Of a stretch of DNA of 64,000 nucleotides, positions 12,925 through 25,568 are shown piece after piece (positions within the stretch are counted from its first letter, which is position 1; every line of letters starts with the position of its first letter). The stretch spans positions 43,648,001 through 43,712,000 of the forward strand of contig NW_024704746.1 of NCBI RefSeq assembly GCF_018977255.1, in the 5' to 3' direction. The notes under the pieces were generated by a model, which was given only the letters and a program-made list of their open reading frames with translations, had not been told where the DNA came from and did not search any database. The stretch comes from Callorhinchus milii (Eukaryota). The position numbers and the translations under genes are program-made.

Positions 12925-13352
12925 TGGTAGCATCCTCATATCTGAGTCAGAAGGTTGTAGGTTCAAGTCCCGCATCAGGTCTTGGAACTCACAATAACAA
13001 AAACAACAATAATGCCTTTCATGTCGGGAGAATGTCCCAAGGCTACTCTAATACCGTGTTGGGGGTGTGCTGCATTATCAGAGGTGTTGTCGTTTGGTTG
13101 AGACATTAAACCAAGGTCTCATCTGCCTATTTAGCTGGATTTTGAAAATCCCACGACACTATGCCATGCCCAACAATCCCCAAAATAAAATTGGTCACTC
13201 ACTCCATGGCTGTTTGTGAGACATTGCTGTGCGCAACACTGGCTGCCATGATCGGCCACAAAACATTCACACACACTTCACTTTACAGTATATCCCTATG
13301 AAACACTTTGGGACTTCCTCCTGATGTGCAAGGCATTGCATTAAATGTATGG
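12925..13352 (+). mobile_element. SacSINE1-like DeuSINE, near full length
   Basis: Head tggtagc..ctgagtcagaaggttgtaggttcaagtccc, Deu core and tail. Confidence 0.8.
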
Positions 13353-13387
13353 AATATTATGCTGATTGATATGAGCAGGCAACTTGA

Positions 13388-13690
13388 AATAATATAATAA
13401 TACTTGCATTTTTGATGTAGCGCCTTATCATGTCTTTGAGATGTCTCAAAGTCCTTCACAGGAAAGTGAATTGATTGTATATTTTGTGGGCAAAACACGG
13501 CAGACAATTTGCGCACAGCAGTGTTCCACAAACAGTTGTGAATTGAGTGATTAATTTATTTATTTTTATTTGAAGGTATTATTACCCCCGGAAAAGTGAT
13601 TTGCCAATCGACTAACAACCAGGTTTCTATGTTCCTGAACAGAGGCGTGTGGAGTAAGGAAACTTGCCCAATGTTTCACCCTGCCGAGAA
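13388..13690 (-). mobile_element. Family A SINE (long variant), head missing
   Basis: Tail plus accccggaaaag..aaccaggtt..ggagtaaggaaacttgccc. Confidence 0.8.
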
Positions 13691-14299
13691 ATATTTAAAA
13701 AAGGACCAAATTCAGCCACAGTGACTATGAACATAGGGATTTAAAGACAACAAATGTATGACAGACCCCATTCATTTCACCCCGATAATTAAGGTTAAGG
13801 TGGCACCCAGTGTGCCTGAAACAAGTTTTGATTTTAATTCAAAGAAAATGTTCGTTGTGCTATCAATCTGCAGAGGCAACACTTCTTGTGCATACATCCA
13901 GTTAATAATAGCTGAACTATACATGAAATTAATATTGCCTTCCATTCACCGCTCAGTTTTTTAATTACTGCCTTACGATTCCCGAGCCAAGTTGGAGGGC
14001 AGCTGCATATCCTGTTCTGCAATCCATAGCTGAGAAGAAACTGTAGTTGTTGCATTTTCAGCGATAGGGGACAAATTCTGAGTTATCACTTCACTGCTGG
14101 GTGGTCTCCCATATGCAGTATAAAAGAAGCGACAGCAGCAGCAATCTGCTGACCCAAAAGCTGACCATTTCTTAAATAGCGAGCCAGATAGTGTCGCGAA
14201 GCGCTGTGCACCTGTGCAATGAATGTGAAATGGCTGGAAGAAATTGTGTCCCATTATAAAGTCGGTTTCGATTTCATGGAACCCACGTGTCACCTTATA

Positions 14300-14587
14300 A
14301 CACAGCTCCCAATTGCAACCAATTGCGCACAGCAGTGTCACACGTACAGTCGTGGATTGAAGTGACCAATTTATTATTTTCAAAATTTTATTTTAGATTT
14401 TCTTTTGAAGGAATTATTACCCCAGGAAAAGCGATACACAAATCTACCAACAACCAGGTTCCTACTTCCTGGTAAACAGAGGCGTGTGGAGTAAGGAAAC
14501 TTGCCCAACATTTCGCCCTGCTGGGAATTGACCCAGGTCTTTCACTTGCAAGGCAAGTGTTCTAACCACTGAGCTACAGGACTCCAC
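14300..14587 (-). mobile_element. Family A SINE (long variant), 5' part with tRNA head
   Basis: Ends ctaaccactgagctacaggactccac. Confidence 0.85.
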
Positions 14588-14644
14588 TGTATTAGCTTTA
14601 CCATCAACTTTTTTGTAAATTTCTTCTTCAGCTTCATTCACATC

Positions 14645-14870
14645 TGCTTGTTCAGGTGGAGATTAAAGATCCCATGTCGCAATTTGAAAAGAGATTCCTG
14701 ACTAACAACCTCTCGCATAAATAAATCATTTAGCATGATGCTGTTTGTGGGACTCTGTTGTACATAACATGACTGCAGTGTTTCCCGATAAAACCAGTCA
14801 TGAAATTATTGTGAAATGATTTAAGACTTTTTGACATCATGAGGCACTATGAAAATGCAAGTTCTTTCTC
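14645..14870 (+). mobile_element. DeuSINE 3' half
   Basis: caggtggagattaaagatcccatg..aaatgcaagttctttc. Confidence 0.7.
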
Positions 14871-15159
14871 TTGACTTGTTTCTGTGATGCTCTTTCCAAA
14901 CTTCGTTATGCACCACACCATGTGCCCCGAAACTTCACCAGGGACCTGAATAGAAAAAATAAACTATTTAAAATTTTCAAACACATGAAGTGTTTTTGCA
15001 TTGTTTCCTCTGGTGATATAATTGAATTGAAATATTGGGATAATATTATAAGTCCAAAATGTGTTTTGTTCCTTATTTAGGAAATGTATGCAGGAACATC
15101 AGCAGGTGTTGTCCTCTCCAGTTAGTGATTCGTACTGCTCAGAGACTAAGTGGTGTAAA

Positions 15160-15335
15160 TTAGTCTTAACAACTTTTAAGAGAGACGTAGATAATTATTT
15201 AGGGAGGACAAGTTTGCAGGGCTATGGGGAGAGAGTGGGAGTGATATGGATAGCTCTTTTTAAAGAGCCGGCAGAGACACGATGAGCCGAATGGCCTTCT
15301 TTTGTGCTGTATAATTCTATAATTCTGATTCTAAG
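15160..15335 (+). mobile_element. CR1 LINE 3' terminus
   Basis: gggctatggggagagagtggg..gccgaatggccttcttttgtgctgtataattctataattct terminal repeat. Confidence 0.8.
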
Positions 15336-15359
15336 AAGTGCTGCTATTTTTCACAAGAT

Positions 15360-15590
15360 TGGTTGGAATGAAATAAAGGCCCTTCAACCCATCCAATCTC
15401 ATCCCACTAGAACACTCACCCTGCTGTCCTGCTAATCCACATCAAATTGCTTTTTAAATAAGTCCAGTGTCCTGGCCTCTAACCCCCTTCCTGGCACCTC
15501 TTGCAGTCAATGATTGCCATCTGCGTAAAGAAAATCTTTCTGGTGTCTGTCCTGAAATTCCCCTGTACACCTGTGTCCTCTTGCTCTACT
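15360..15590 (-). mobile_element. Older CR1 3' end
   Basis: Similar to the 7015-7240 copy. Confidence 0.6.
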
Positions 15591-15944
15591 GTCTTCTTTT
15601 GATTCTGAGATGAATATTTCTATTTTGTAAATGTTTGGCTCTAAATCAGGTTCTACATTTTAGGCAGGCTTCAATGTGTGTTTACTGAGGTAAGTGGGCC
15701 AGAATCACTACTCTTCTTGGCTAAAACGGACTTCCAGCGATCAGGCAGGTTGAGCCCAAAGCTTTTGGATGAGTCGCTTGAAGTAAATTATTACTGTCAG
15801 TCCAAATGTTCCAAAAAAAAACACTGTATCGAACACCCTTCGTTAGGGATGATTTATTCCGGTTCATAATATTTATGTCTGAAATATGTTTTACTGTGCA
15901 GTTCAAAAATTATTTTCTCCAAAATCATCTGATATTCACACAGC

Positions 15945-17600
15945 TGTCTCAGGGAAATCAATCTACCTTCATCCAACCACTCTGTTACGTCATCAAAAAA
16001 CTTTATCAGGTTTGTTAGACATGATTTGCCTTTAATAAATCTATGTTGACTGTCCTTTATTAACCCCTGTTTTTTTAAGTGAAAATTTATTTTGGCCCGG
16101 ATTATAGTCTCTAGAAGTTTCCCTACTACTGACGTTAGGCCGACTGGTCTGTAGTTCCCGTGTTTATCCTTTTGCCCCTTTTTGTATAGAGGAGTAACAT
16201 TTGCAACCCTCCAGTCCTCTGGCACCACCCTGGTGTCCAAGGAGGCTTGAAAGATTGTGGCCAGAGCCTCCGTTATTTCCACCCTTACTTCCCTCAGTAA
16301 CCTAGGATGCATCCCGTCCGGACCGGGTGACTTATCTACCTTGAGCACCGACAACCTTTTTAGTACCTACTCTCGGTTTATTCTTATCTTATCCAATTTC
16401 TCTGCCCTATCCCATGATACTGTAGCATTGGCTGCATTCTCTTCTTTTGTGAAGACAGAGTCAAAGTACTCATTCAGAACGTCAGCCATGCCCTCTGCCT
16501 CCACAGGAAGATTTCCTCTTTGGTCCCTAATTGGACCCATCCTACCTTTGAGTAACCTTTTATTCTTTATATGCTTATAAAATACCTTAGGGTTGTCTTT
16601 AATGTTACCTGCTAATCTTTTCTCATACAATCTCTTTGCCCCTCTTATTTCTTTTTTCAGTTCTCCTCTGTAATTTATATTCTATTTGATTATCTTCTGT
16701 ATTTTGGACCTGCCATTTATCATAAATGTCATAGCCACGACTCCTGGCTCAAAATCAAGATCCTCATCCTCACCTACAAGGCCATTCACGGCCTTGCTCC
16801 CTCCTACCTCTCCGACCTACCTGCTCGTACCCTCCGTTCCTCTGGCTCCGCTCTGCTACACATCCCTCGCCCCAACCGCCCTACCATCGGTGGCCGGGTC
16901 TTCAGCCTCTCAGCCCCTAGGCTCTGGAGCTCCATCCCCCAGTGCCTTCGCCTTGCTTCATCCCTTTCCTCCTTCAAGGCCCGTCTCAAGACCTTTCTCT
17001 TTGACTGTGCCTTCAGCTCCCCTCTCGACTCTCTACCCCCTCCTCGCTCCATCCCTTCCCTCCCCCTGACCATTTCCCCCCTGCTCGAGTCGTGACCCAA
17101 CTGTCCAGCGCCTTGGGACGTCCTCCCGACGTGAAAGGCGCTCTATAAATGGAATCTTGTTGTTGTTGCCTCTTCCTTACACTCCTTTGCCCCCATTTCT
17201 CCCTCCTTCCTCTCAACCACAATCATCCGGATGAAGTTCGCCACCTCTTTCAGTTCTTCTTACAGTTGAGTATCTTCACTTTTGATTGCTCCTTATCCCT
17301 TTCCATAAGTACTCTAAACCTAACGATGTTGTGATCACTGTTGTCCAGATGCTCTCCTACTGAAACCTGCTCCACGTGCCCCACTTCATTCCCCAGAACT
17401 AGATCCAGCCCTGTTTCCTTCTTCATTGGGCTGGAAACATACTGATCCAGAAAGTTATCCTGCACATATTTCAGGAATCCTTCCCCTTCCTTCCCCTTTA
17501 CACTGTTATTTTGCCAGTCTATGTTAGGATAATTGAAGTCCCCCATTATCACTATTCTATTGGTTTTGCCACTGATCAAAGTAAAACAGCTGATTCTAGC
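15945..17600 (-). mobile_element. CR1 LINE ORF2 pseudogene (APE endonuclease to RT N-half), interrupted by L2
   Basis: IVIMGDFNYPNIDW..LDLVL..SDHN (endonuclease); MADVLNEYFDSVFTKE; KSPGPDGMHPRLLRE..VPEDWRVANVTPLYKKG..NYRPVGLTSVVGKLLE..SCLTNL (RT). Confidence 0.95.
16737..17168 (+). mobile_element. Young L2 3' end inserted in CR1
   Basis: KILILTYKAIHGLAPSYLS..FKARLKTFLF; tail gggacgtcctcccgacgtgaaaggcgctctataaatggaatc(ttg)n. Confidence 0.9.
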
Positions 17601-17729
17601 TTCCATCACTCATACCATCTTGGGAGACATTTATTGTTTCAAAATTGAGTAATCTTTTTAAAATCTATTATAATTTAAATATATTTTAAATTTTACATAT
17701 ATTACATTTTGTATTAATATATTTTTTTC

Positions 17730-17930
17730 TAATTTTCTCCCCACTGGCATAAGCCTCTCTCTACTCCTGGTCTGGCCTCATCTCACTGGAGCGTAGCTCT
17801 ATGAGCGCCGGTTGCCCCTTGCTGCCCTGACAAGTGGCTATTGCTCACGTGTGAGCCTTGAATGTTGTCAGACAGCTGAGCCTGACCTATCCACACCTGG
17901 CTGCCACTCAGGAGAGGAACAGGAATCCCA
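17730..17930 (-). mobile_element. Ancient SINE-like repeat (family C), 3' part
   Basis: caagtggctattgctcacgtgtgagcc..gagcctgacct segment resembles, from memory, an old chondrichthyan SINE; family not assigned. Confidence 0.4.
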
Positions 17931-18604
17931 CAAAAGCCACCCTGCAGGTTCGTTAAATCCCCTCAGCTTATTGCATTATTGATGAAGAAGCACCTATATG
18001 TGCCTCAGTTAGGGCAATAATTGCTTCCCTTGATACATCAGGTCTTGCCTTCATTGGATCTCTTTGCCTGAATGTCCCTTCTCTCCCCCCAATCTCTCAC
18101 TCCCCACCCCACATTTTCAGCTATTTTACCATTAATATGGTTGGAAGGACAACATCTGCCTTTCACTTGGTTCAACTGTAGAGATTTCCTCATTCGACCA
18201 CCAATGATAACAAGTAGTCATCAAGATGCCTGGAGTACAGCTGGAGGATAGGTCTGGATAATTGAGGATGTGTTCAGAGTCATTGTTTTAGATGTATAAC
18301 TGCTCTGGTTGCATCCCAGTGCTGGACCAGTTGTGTTTAGTTGCTCTCTGTATGCTTTAGCAGATAGTTTTAACTTTCATTAAGATGCATGTTCCACAAT
18401 TGGTGATGATTGCCCTAATTGTTTCTTGCCAGATCATTGATGAAATAGTCAGCTCTGGTGTTTCCAGTCCTCTGAGGCTTTTTTTAATTAAGCTTGGTCA
18501 ACACTTCAATGATTTGTGCCTGTGTAGCAACTGTACATGATGGAGCAACTGGTTAATGGCTCATTATTGTACAGCCCCAATGCCCTAGCTGATATATCAA
18601 ATAT

Positions 18605-18810
18605 GCAGCTCTGCCACACAGATTGGGAAGGTCTCAGGTTGTATCTCTAAATTGTGACCTATTCACTGATCTCAAATGGGGCAACAGTTGGGACACTATA
18701 ATTGGTCCCAAGTGTGCTGTGCTCGGGAAGCGAGAACAAGTCAGTGTTCTCATTCCCGATGACAGATTCCTCCTGGAAGATGCAAATGTATGAATATCAG
18801 GGAGAATAGC
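18605..18810 (+). mobile_element. Ancient SINE-like repeat (family C), 5' part
   Basis: ggaaggtctcaggtt..ctgatctc..ctataattggtcccaagtg; a similar fragment lies near 36055-36190. Confidence 0.4.
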
Positions 18811-18819
18811 AATAGTAAT

Positions 18820-19215
18820 AATAATAATATGCCAATAATAAACCTTGTATTTGACATAGCACCTTATCATGTCGTTAAAATATCACACAGTGCTTCACAA
18901 GATTTACTGTAAAATACAGTGACATGTATGTTTGTAGTCATACCCAGCAGCTAATTTGCACGCAATGTCCCACAAACAGCAATTAAGTGAGTGACCAAGT
19001 TTATCTAGTTTATCACTTGATTATTAGTCAGGACACTAGGAGAAATTCCCTTCTCGATTCAAACGGTGCCAAGGGATCTTTAACATCCACCTCAACTTCT
19101 AGAAGGGACCTCGGTTTAACATCTTAATTGAAGGACTGCATCTCCAACAATACAGGGCACCCCAGCACTGTATTAGAGCTCAGAGAATTCAAAGTCCCAG
19201 CATGAGAATCGGGCT
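18820..19215 (-). mobile_element. SacSINE1-like DeuSINE
   Basis: Tail plus ggtgccaagggatctttaacatccacct..cctcggtttaacatc. Confidence 0.8.
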
Positions 19216-21504
19216 TGATAATAATAACCCTCATAGCAAAATGACCCATTGAGACTGGAACATAAATTATCAGTGATTTATTCGAGGGTGTATGGCACTC
19301 GTGGAACTGTACCACCAGTAGAATGAAAAACGAGCCTAATGTATTCAGTAGAAGAGGGTCCACAAAGGGAAGGTGCAGTGTTTAATATGGAGAGGTACAA
19401 AAGGTATATTAATCTGAACTTTGGTCTAGAAAGAGCCATTCACACAGAGAAAAATCAGATGAGTTGAGAGCGAATATTCAGATTCACACTGAGATTCAGT
19501 CAGATTCATTGAAAAAGGGATTTGACTGAGAAAAGAACCAACCAACAGATTTGATGGACTGTAAATCTGACAAAAAGGAGAATCTCCACAGCAGAGAAAG
19601 AAAGAGCAGGAGAGAGCTTGGTGGGAGTAATGGAAGCAAGGCTTTAATGAGCTCTGTTCCAAAGGAAAAAAAAATCCTTTAGCCTTTTTATCAAAGTTAA
19701 GCTGTCTGTAAACTGCTAATGAACAGTGACAGCGTCGGAAGACTCAATCCGTAAGATCCAAAGAGACAACTGCATAGGAACCATTGGGAGGAAACCGAGG
19801 ACAGCTCATTTGACTGCACTAGTCTGTGAAGGACCAATGTCGGACACATAACAAAGGTAATGTGCTGTTTTTGTCTTCCTAAATTAATACAGAGATCCAC
19901 GGGGGTGGACTTGTACAGCCTGAACAGAAACCTTTGTTTCTTTATCTGGGCACTTCAACTCTGTAACTAAACCTCCTCGACTCTTCTCGGATTGAGCTCA
20001 GCTACATTCCAAGATACAGGATCTGTAATGATGTTTGTTAAATCTAACTTTCGACTAAATGCGTAATGATTAAATTAGTTCAGTTAAGCACATTTGATTG
20101 TGTGTTTTGTCCTTTCCTTGAGTCTTCTCAGATCAACAAAGGGTTAAACCCTATCAGAACTGCCTGCTTTGTTGCAGTCTGTCGACAGTCTTAAAGGGGC
20201 GGGGTCTGGATTTCACCGCAGGAGAAGTAATTGGCGTAATCAGTTTGTGTAAATTAATTTGATTTGAAGATTAAATCGGAACCGAAATTATCTAGGTTAA
20301 AACAATCCAGAGCAATATGAAGCTTCGATAAGTTAATATCAACTCTTAGATATTTGAAGGTTCTCCCTAAGAATGCTATTTAAGAACAGTCTTCATCATC
20401 ATTTAACACACAAAAACTGATGGATATATTACACATATATATCCACTACCTATGATCTTAAATCTTGGTTGAATTGACTGATCTTTAAACTTATTTTTCT
20501 ATTATTTTGAGGTGCATTGCCCAAAATACTTAAACTAATTTTCTTACCTTGATAAAGAAGCATTTGACATAAGCAAATACGTATTGTCAGGGTATCTGTG
20601 GATGAATGAAAGATGGTTTCATCTCATTTGGCAGTCAGATGAACAAAAATACTCCTGATTAAATGATATCCTAATGAATCGAAAATTATAGTGTTACAGA
20701 AATTCTTACAGAGATCATAATTATGCATTGTAAATTTGGTAACATGACAGTGAAGCATCATAGTTGTAATATGTCAGTGCTGTTATACCTGCTGGGAGTC
20801 AGTATGGTCTCTGTGATTGAACTTGCAACTGATAACACAGGCTTGTACATTGCAGAATTCAACAAACTAAGGCTAATGTGCTGAGAATTCGCTTTAATGT
20901 TATTGAGATTAGTCCCCACTTTCAGATTTATGGGTGGACATTTTAATTGTGGCACACACTTGTACCCCAGGCACTGTTCCGTTATCCTCCCAAACAGATG
21001 GTGGCTGTTGATTCAGAGGCAAGGCAGCGTGCCACTCAAATCTCCCCTCACCACTCTTGGGATGAGCAGCAGAGTGGTGTATTCCACATTGAGGGGAAGG
21101 CTGAACAGACTTGCTTGTGTTTCGCTGCCATTACTTGAAACTCAGACAAGATCAAAAGCCTGCGCGCTGAGCAGGAAATTGTAGGCAGAGCTGAGCCCCA
21201 GTGCAAGAGGGGGAGGGAAAAGGGAGACTGAAATCTCTAAAGCGATCAACAGTGTTGCTCTGACCTGGAGCCTTTTGATGACTTCAATATGACAGTCTGA
21301 AATGCTTTTGATTTTCACTTCCAACCATTTCTGTCCAGAAAATAATATGTCCTGCAGTATTTGAAATCAAAATGAAATGTGCTGCCTGCTGCAGCCATGC
21401 ACATCTAATGGGCTTTCATTGCTTGTTAATTTGCTGATGTTGTTCTGTGATGAGGGATTTTTTTATGCTAATCAATTCAGAGGTAATGTCATTGGTAATA
21501 TTCA

Positions 21505-21850
21505 TAATAATAATAATCCTTGCATTTGATATAGCGCCTTATCATGTGTTCGAGAGGCCTGTAAAGTGAATTGACTGTATTCACTGACACTGACATTGCG
21601 CACAGCAATGTCCCACAAACAGTCGTGGATTGAGTGACCAAATTATCATTATTTATAAAAAAAATTGAAGGGTTTATTACCCCTGGAAAAGCGATCCGCC
21701 AATCGAACAATTAGGTTCCTACTAACTGCTAGGTAAACAGAGGTGTGTGGAGTAAGGAAACTTGACCAACATTTCGCCCTGCCGGGAATCGAACCCAGGT
21801 CCTCTTATTTGTGAGCCAAGTGCTCTAACCACTAAGATACAGGATTCCAC
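21505..21850 (-). mobile_element. Family A SINE (long variant), near full length
   Basis: (AAT)n tail through gggaatcgaacccagg..caggattccac. Confidence 0.9.
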
Positions 21851-22469
21851 AGTTTAATTAGCAACCTGCAATTTTGGGAGGTTCTGGAAAACATACCATA
21901 TCTCAGGTATATAATTGCAGGACAGACAATTGGCTAAGTCAGATAGTATTGAAGAAAATCGTTGGACAAAATGACAATTTGTAATTTGTCAAATGTATTA
22001 AGAGAGAGAAGCCTATTCCACTGGAGCCTTGGGAGAAGTATCAAAACAAATTTGTGTAAATCTCTCAAATATTAATTGCTGTGGAAGGATGGAAGAATTA
22101 TATAGATTACTTGCTGCATATCCTTCATTTGGCAATGCGAATGACAAATGAACTGCGTTCATTATTAATTATGGAATACATTTGATGGAGATGTATTTAA
22201 AGCTTTTGATCAGTTCCTTCGGTGCTTACATTTTCCTTGAGCAAATAAATATTTATTTCCCAGAGCGAAGCCTTAGACTTGATGCTCTGTGTCAGGGGAA
22301 TTGAATAGAGCATCTAATATTCACAATTTTCTGAGGTGATGCGAGAGAAGAGAGAGGAATGGAAATATAATGTACGTTTGAAGCAATAATTTACCCTGCG
22401 TTTCTGAGGTGTACAATGCTGAGTTCTAAAGAGGAAATAAACAGGGGACATCAGAAGAAATCCCATATC

Positions 22470-22760
22470 GGGACTTTGAAATCACATAATTCTAGGCTAA
22501 CACCTTCGGATGAGACTTTAAACCAAGAGCTCATCTCCCTATCCTTATGGGTGTTGAAGATCACATGGCACAGTTTGACAACAGAGGGAGTTTCTCCCAG
22601 TGTCCTTCCAACAATTCCCCCAAATGAAATGCGTTATTCACTTCATGTCTATTTGTGGGACATTGCTGTGTTCAAACTAGCTGCCAATACATGCACAGTT
22701 ACTACACTTTACAGTAAACACTGTGAATTGCTAGGAGACGTGAAAGGCCTTATATCATGT
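22470..22760 (+). mobile_element. SacSINE1-like DeuSINE
   Basis: ttcggatgagactttaaaccaag..tgtgggacattgctgtg..gtgaaaggc. Confidence 0.75.
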
Positions 22761-22784
22761 CCAATTTTTTTTGTTATTTTGAAT

Positions 22785-23010
22785 GTTCTAACCCAGAAGG
22801 TTATTGGAACCTGGCTGTTAAAACCGAGCCCATAATAGCATTTAGAAGGGAATTGGCTAAACGCTTGATGAAAATAACATCAAAGGTTATGGGAGAAAGA
22901 GGGGGAGGAACATGAATTATAGCAGATAGTTGCAGCGAGGGGAGCGTGCACAAATACAAATACAAATACAGACGACACAAGACAGAGTGACCTCATTTGG
23001 TGTTGCATTT
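22785..23010 (+). mobile_element. Degenerate CR1 3' end
   Basis: cagaaggttattggaacctgg..aaaggttatgggagaaag. Confidence 0.6.
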
Positions 23011-23599
23011 TTTTTCTCCAAAATCTGTTTGAATATGCTTAAAAATTTGTAATGTGTTGACTTTATTTAGTTTAAACAGCAGTTTATCAGTCAGCCAGGA
23101 ATGGATGGGTATGGGAGTGGAGGTAGTGGTCAAAAAGTAACCGAATCATCTGGTCCATTGAGCTGTGAGCCGCTCCCACCCCATGTCATCAGATACATTG
23201 ATACAGAAGGCAGCCGTTGCCTATGGAAACTAAATTCAGAGTTATACACTGAAGGGAAGCGACACACTCTTTGATCTGAGCGGCTCCACTCACACCTGGC
23301 ATTGGATACCCAATGCTTTGTACATTGCAGTCAGCTTCTCAGCACTGGATTTCACTGCTGGTGCCGGCTCTATTGATCTGCTCGTGGGACGCTTTGATGC
23401 CAGGAAGTGACTGGATTTCTTTCGTGTCAATTTGCTTCCTGCTGTTTGCATGGAATTTAAAACGAAAATTAACCTTTCAACAGCTCAGACCACCCCTCCA
23501 GTGGAGTTTAATCTCACAAAGCTAAGGACATGTTCACAACCCCATGGCTCGTTGGTGAGCTAGGTTGGTCAGCTATCAACAACCATACCTTCCTTGCAT

Positions 23600-23710
23600 T
23601 TTCGCTCACAAATATACAGTGAATTCACTTTACAGTATATTCTGTGAAGCACTTTCAGACATCTTGAAGACGTGAAAAGTGCTATATCAAATGCAAGGAT
23701 TAACATCATT
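23600..23710 (+). mobile_element. Family A SINE 3' fragment
   Basis: tgtgaagcactttcagacatc..tcaaatgcaaggatt. Confidence 0.75.
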
Positions 23711-24289
23711 ACTGAAGGCTTTTTGCCAGACGTGTCTCCTCAAAGCCAGACCCAACCTACCTTCACCTTCCCTTGCCCTACCCAGTAAGCTCCTCCCCCA
23801 AGAGTATTTAATGTATTGGTATCACACTTATTTCATGGTTGATTGGACCCATCAAGATTTAAACCCATCAACTGATCGGCCGGGATACCATTTATTGATG
23901 ACTGATATGTGAAGTAAACTGGGTATTAAGCCCAGAGAATCAATGTAACCTGGCAACATGATGCCAAAAATAAGACTGTGACAGCAATGGATTCAGTAAC
24001 ATATTTCGAATTTGACAACAACATAAGTGACTAGCCATCGTGACTTGTGGAATGGAGATGCAAATCAGAGAGTTTATGACCGCAGGAGATTTGTCTGAAG
24101 TCACTGTTAGTGCTGCTGCCACTTAGTATAAGGCTCATTTTGTGATAAATTTACTGAAGATGCCGTGAGAATTGTCATGAGTTGAGGCCGTGTTGTGTGG
24201 ATCTCAACCTACAACATAATGAGATTTTTTTATAAATACGAAGGTCAATTGGGATTGTATAACAAAGCAGGAAGACTGCACAATGTAAT

Positions 24290-24620
24290 GTAGGTATATC
24301 AAATACTTTGATATAGAGCCTTTTATGTTGGGAGAATGTCTCAAAGAATGTCACAGATATGCTGTAAAGTGTAAAAGTAGATTGTGTATTTTGTACACAA
24401 AATGCTGAATGTTGCAGCCAATGTGAGCATAACAAAGTCACACAGTGAATGACCAAGTTTATTTGGGGGATTCATGGCCAGGACAATTTGTTTTTTGAGA
24501 AGTGCCTTAGGATCTTTAACATCCATCTGAATAGGCAAACAGAATCTGGGTTCAGTGTCCCATCCACATATTGGAGTGTCATCCTAGACTGTGTGAGTTC
24601 AAAATGACAACACAAGGCTT
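24290..24620 (-). mobile_element. SacSINE1-like DeuSINE
   Basis: agtgccttaggatctttaacatccatctga Deu core. Confidence 0.65.
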
Positions 24621-25339
24621 GGACCACAATATATATAATATAATATATATATTTAAGAATAAAAGCTGCTCAATGATTCAGAATTAAAATGACTGTGTTT
24701 AAAATGTTCATTGTAAGTGAGGTATGTGGAGCTGTCCTATTCTTAATACCTGTGGCAGTCAATTCTCAGGAATCTTACCAATAAAATATCTTTTGTAAAC
24801 AATTTAGTGTACTGGGAAACAGTTGTACGTTTTGACTGAATTTGATATAGTCTTGATGAAATTTAGGTTCCTTCCACCTTTGATTTTTGATCACAGATTG
24901 TCATGTCTTTAGCATTTATCATGTCAACTGGTAATCAAAGCTTGGTTGAGACGCGCGGTTAATATTGTTGCTAGATCACTTTGGAATTGGACTGTAATGC
25001 ACTTGGAGCCACAATACTTTCATTGGCAGCCAAATGCTGTGTCAGTGAAACTTAATGCTCCTACTTAGAATATTTGTTGTCATTGCCAGCCTCTTAACTG
25101 CTTTCTCCATCCACCTGGTCGCTTGTCCAGTTCCCATTCAGTAGAAATGTCAGGCAAAATCACTGTCATTTCCCAATGTTGTGTTCTCCTGGCATATTGT
25201 TTTGTGCAGCCTCAGAAACTCTGTGAAGGTGGGCAAAGGCAGTGAAATTGAGAGGTAAGATCATTTTACGACTTGTGGATCATTTTCCAGTGGGTCTGCA
25301 GCATTCAGCTCTCTCCATGCGGCTCACCAACCAAACTGT

Positions 25340-25470
25340 AAGGAGTCGGAGACCACCCACCACATAGTGACATCCCATCCCTTCATTAACTGCCTCAACA
25401 ACTGCAATAAGCAACATTTCATGCAAAACACAATGCTCCTGAGCACCACCGTGACTGAAGTTCCCGCTGA
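25340..25470 (+). mobile_element. Decayed L2 RT fragment
   Basis: Translates INCLNNCNKQHFMQNTMLLSTTVTEV, resembling the L2 CLxxIxxWMxxNxLxLNxxKTE motif. Confidence 0.45.
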
Positions 25471-25568
25471 GGGTAAATAATAGCCTTCTCAGCAGTAGTG
25501 CCAGCCAAAGAAAATGCAAGACCCTCATTGTGTACATCTATCAGTACCTTGTAACTTGAAGTACACCT

